Part shown: positions 63,035-64,000 of the stretch, one piece after another
How positions within the stretch are numbered: position 1 is the stretch's first letter
Layout: every line of letters begins with the position of its first letter
Origin: Heterodontus francisci
Lineage: Eukaryota
Direction: 5' to 3'
Assembly: GCF_036365525.1 (NCBI RefSeq)
Contig: NC_090395.1
Location: 65,807,326 to 65,871,325 of the forward strand
Length of the DNA stretch: 64,000 bases
Position numbers and translations under genes: made by a program
Notes under the pieces: generated by a model
The model's database searches: none
What the model was told of the DNA's origin: nothing
What the model saw: the letters and a program-made list of their open reading frames with translations, nothing else

Positions 63035-63505
63035 TCAGCTGTGGCTCAGTAAGTCACACTCTTGCCTCTGAGTTGGAAGGTTCCAGATTCAAGTCCCACT
63101 TCAGGGCTTGAGCACAAAAATCAAGGCTAGCACTCCAGTGCAGTACTGGGGGAGTACTGTGCTGTCAGAGGTGCCATCTCTCAGATGAGCCATTAAACCG
63201 AGGCCCCATCTGCTTTCTTGGGTGGATGTAAAAGATTCCCGGGCACTATTTTGAAGAACAGCAGGTGAGTTATCCCTAGTGTCTTGGCTAATATTTATCC
63301 TTCAATCAACATCACAAAACAAACAGATTATCTGGTCATTATCACATTGTTGTTTGCGGGCACCTGCTGTGCACCTACTGGCTGCCATGCTTCCTAATTA
63401 CAACGGTGTCTACACTCCAAAAAGTACTTCATTGGCTGTAAAGCGCTTTGAGACCTCCAGTGGTCATGAAAAGCACTATATAAATACAAGTCTTTCTTTC
63501 TTTAT
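63035..63505 (+). mobile_element. Full-length Deu-SINE (SacSINE1/AmnSINE1-related)
   Basis: tRNA head GCTGTGGCTCAGT...GATTCAAGTCCCAC; central GAGGTGCC...TTAAACCGAGGCCCC...GATGTAAAAGAT; tail GGCTGTAAAGCGCTTTG...TATAAATACAAGTCTTTCTTT. Confidence 0.8.
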
Positions 63506-63529
63506 CTATCTGCCTACCTATAATGGGTG

Positions 63530-63910
63530 TCATGGAATCATAGAGCATAGAATGAGGCCATTCAGCCTATTATGCCTGTGCTGGCTCTTAAAAAGAGCTA
63601 GTCCCATTCTCCTAATCTTTCCTCATCGCCTTTTCAAGTATATATCCTAGTCCTTTTTGGAAGGTACTATTGAATCTGCTTCCACCAACCTTTCAGGCAG
63701 TGCATTCCAGGTCATAACAATTCACTGCTTAAAAATGCTTCTCAACTTGCCCTCTGGGTCTTTTACCAATTGTCTTAAATCTGTCTCTTCTGATTGCTGA
63801 CCCTCCTGCCAGTGGACCTTCATAATTTTGAATACCTCTTCAGTCTCCCCCATAGCCTTCTCTGCTCTCAGGAGAATAATCCCAGCTTCTCTAGCCTCTC
63901 CTGTATGTAG
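63530..63910 (-). mobile_element. CR1 3' fragment
   Basis: Reverse complement of a CR1 ORF2 C-terminus and 3' UTR. Confidence 0.65.
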
Positions 63911-64000
63911 GTGAACCCACACCTCCCCTCTTAGACTACCAACTTGATGGTTCGGCCTGAACCCGTCTGGGTGAAGAAAATGGTCAAGGCGCCTAACTGT

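Overview
This is vertebrate genomic DNA, most likely from a shark or other cartilaginous fish, judged from the HE1/V-SINE, Deu-SINE, CR1 and RTE repeat content. Most of the window is transposable-element sequence, and most ORFs in the supplied track are repeat-derived or chance ORFs. Reading splice sites by hand gives two tandem + strand immunoglobulin-superfamily receptor genes that look like an activating/inhibitory pair (CD300/pIgR-like, MDIR-like). Gene A lacks its 5' end in this window. It has a frameshifted C2-Ig exon (3116-3438), an intact C2-Ig exon (6928-7245), a stalk exon (13053-13125), a TM exon with a Y-x3-N-x2-R motif (14000-14090) and a probable short tyrosine-free tail exon (15470-15517), so it looks activating. 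Gene B is complete with 7 exons (28683-59910, 1254 nt CDS, 417 aa): leader, CD300/pIgR-type V domain, C2 domain, Ser/Thr stalk, uncharged TM and a tail with four tyrosine motifs including two canonical ITIMs, so it looks inhibitory. The two genes share ectodomain exons and flanking introns up to a breakpoint just after the stalk exon. Mobile-element highlights: a full-length single-ORF LINE with a tRNA-derived Pol III head, an RTE insertion with a perfect 101-bp target duplication, Penelope-type fragments with minimal hammerhead ribozyme cores, two decayed Harbinger transposons plus MITEs, a CGGBP1-like hAT fossil and a near-complete CR1. Exon coordinates were counted from the sequence. Repeat boundaries are approximate, and family names come from motif recognition, not database searches.
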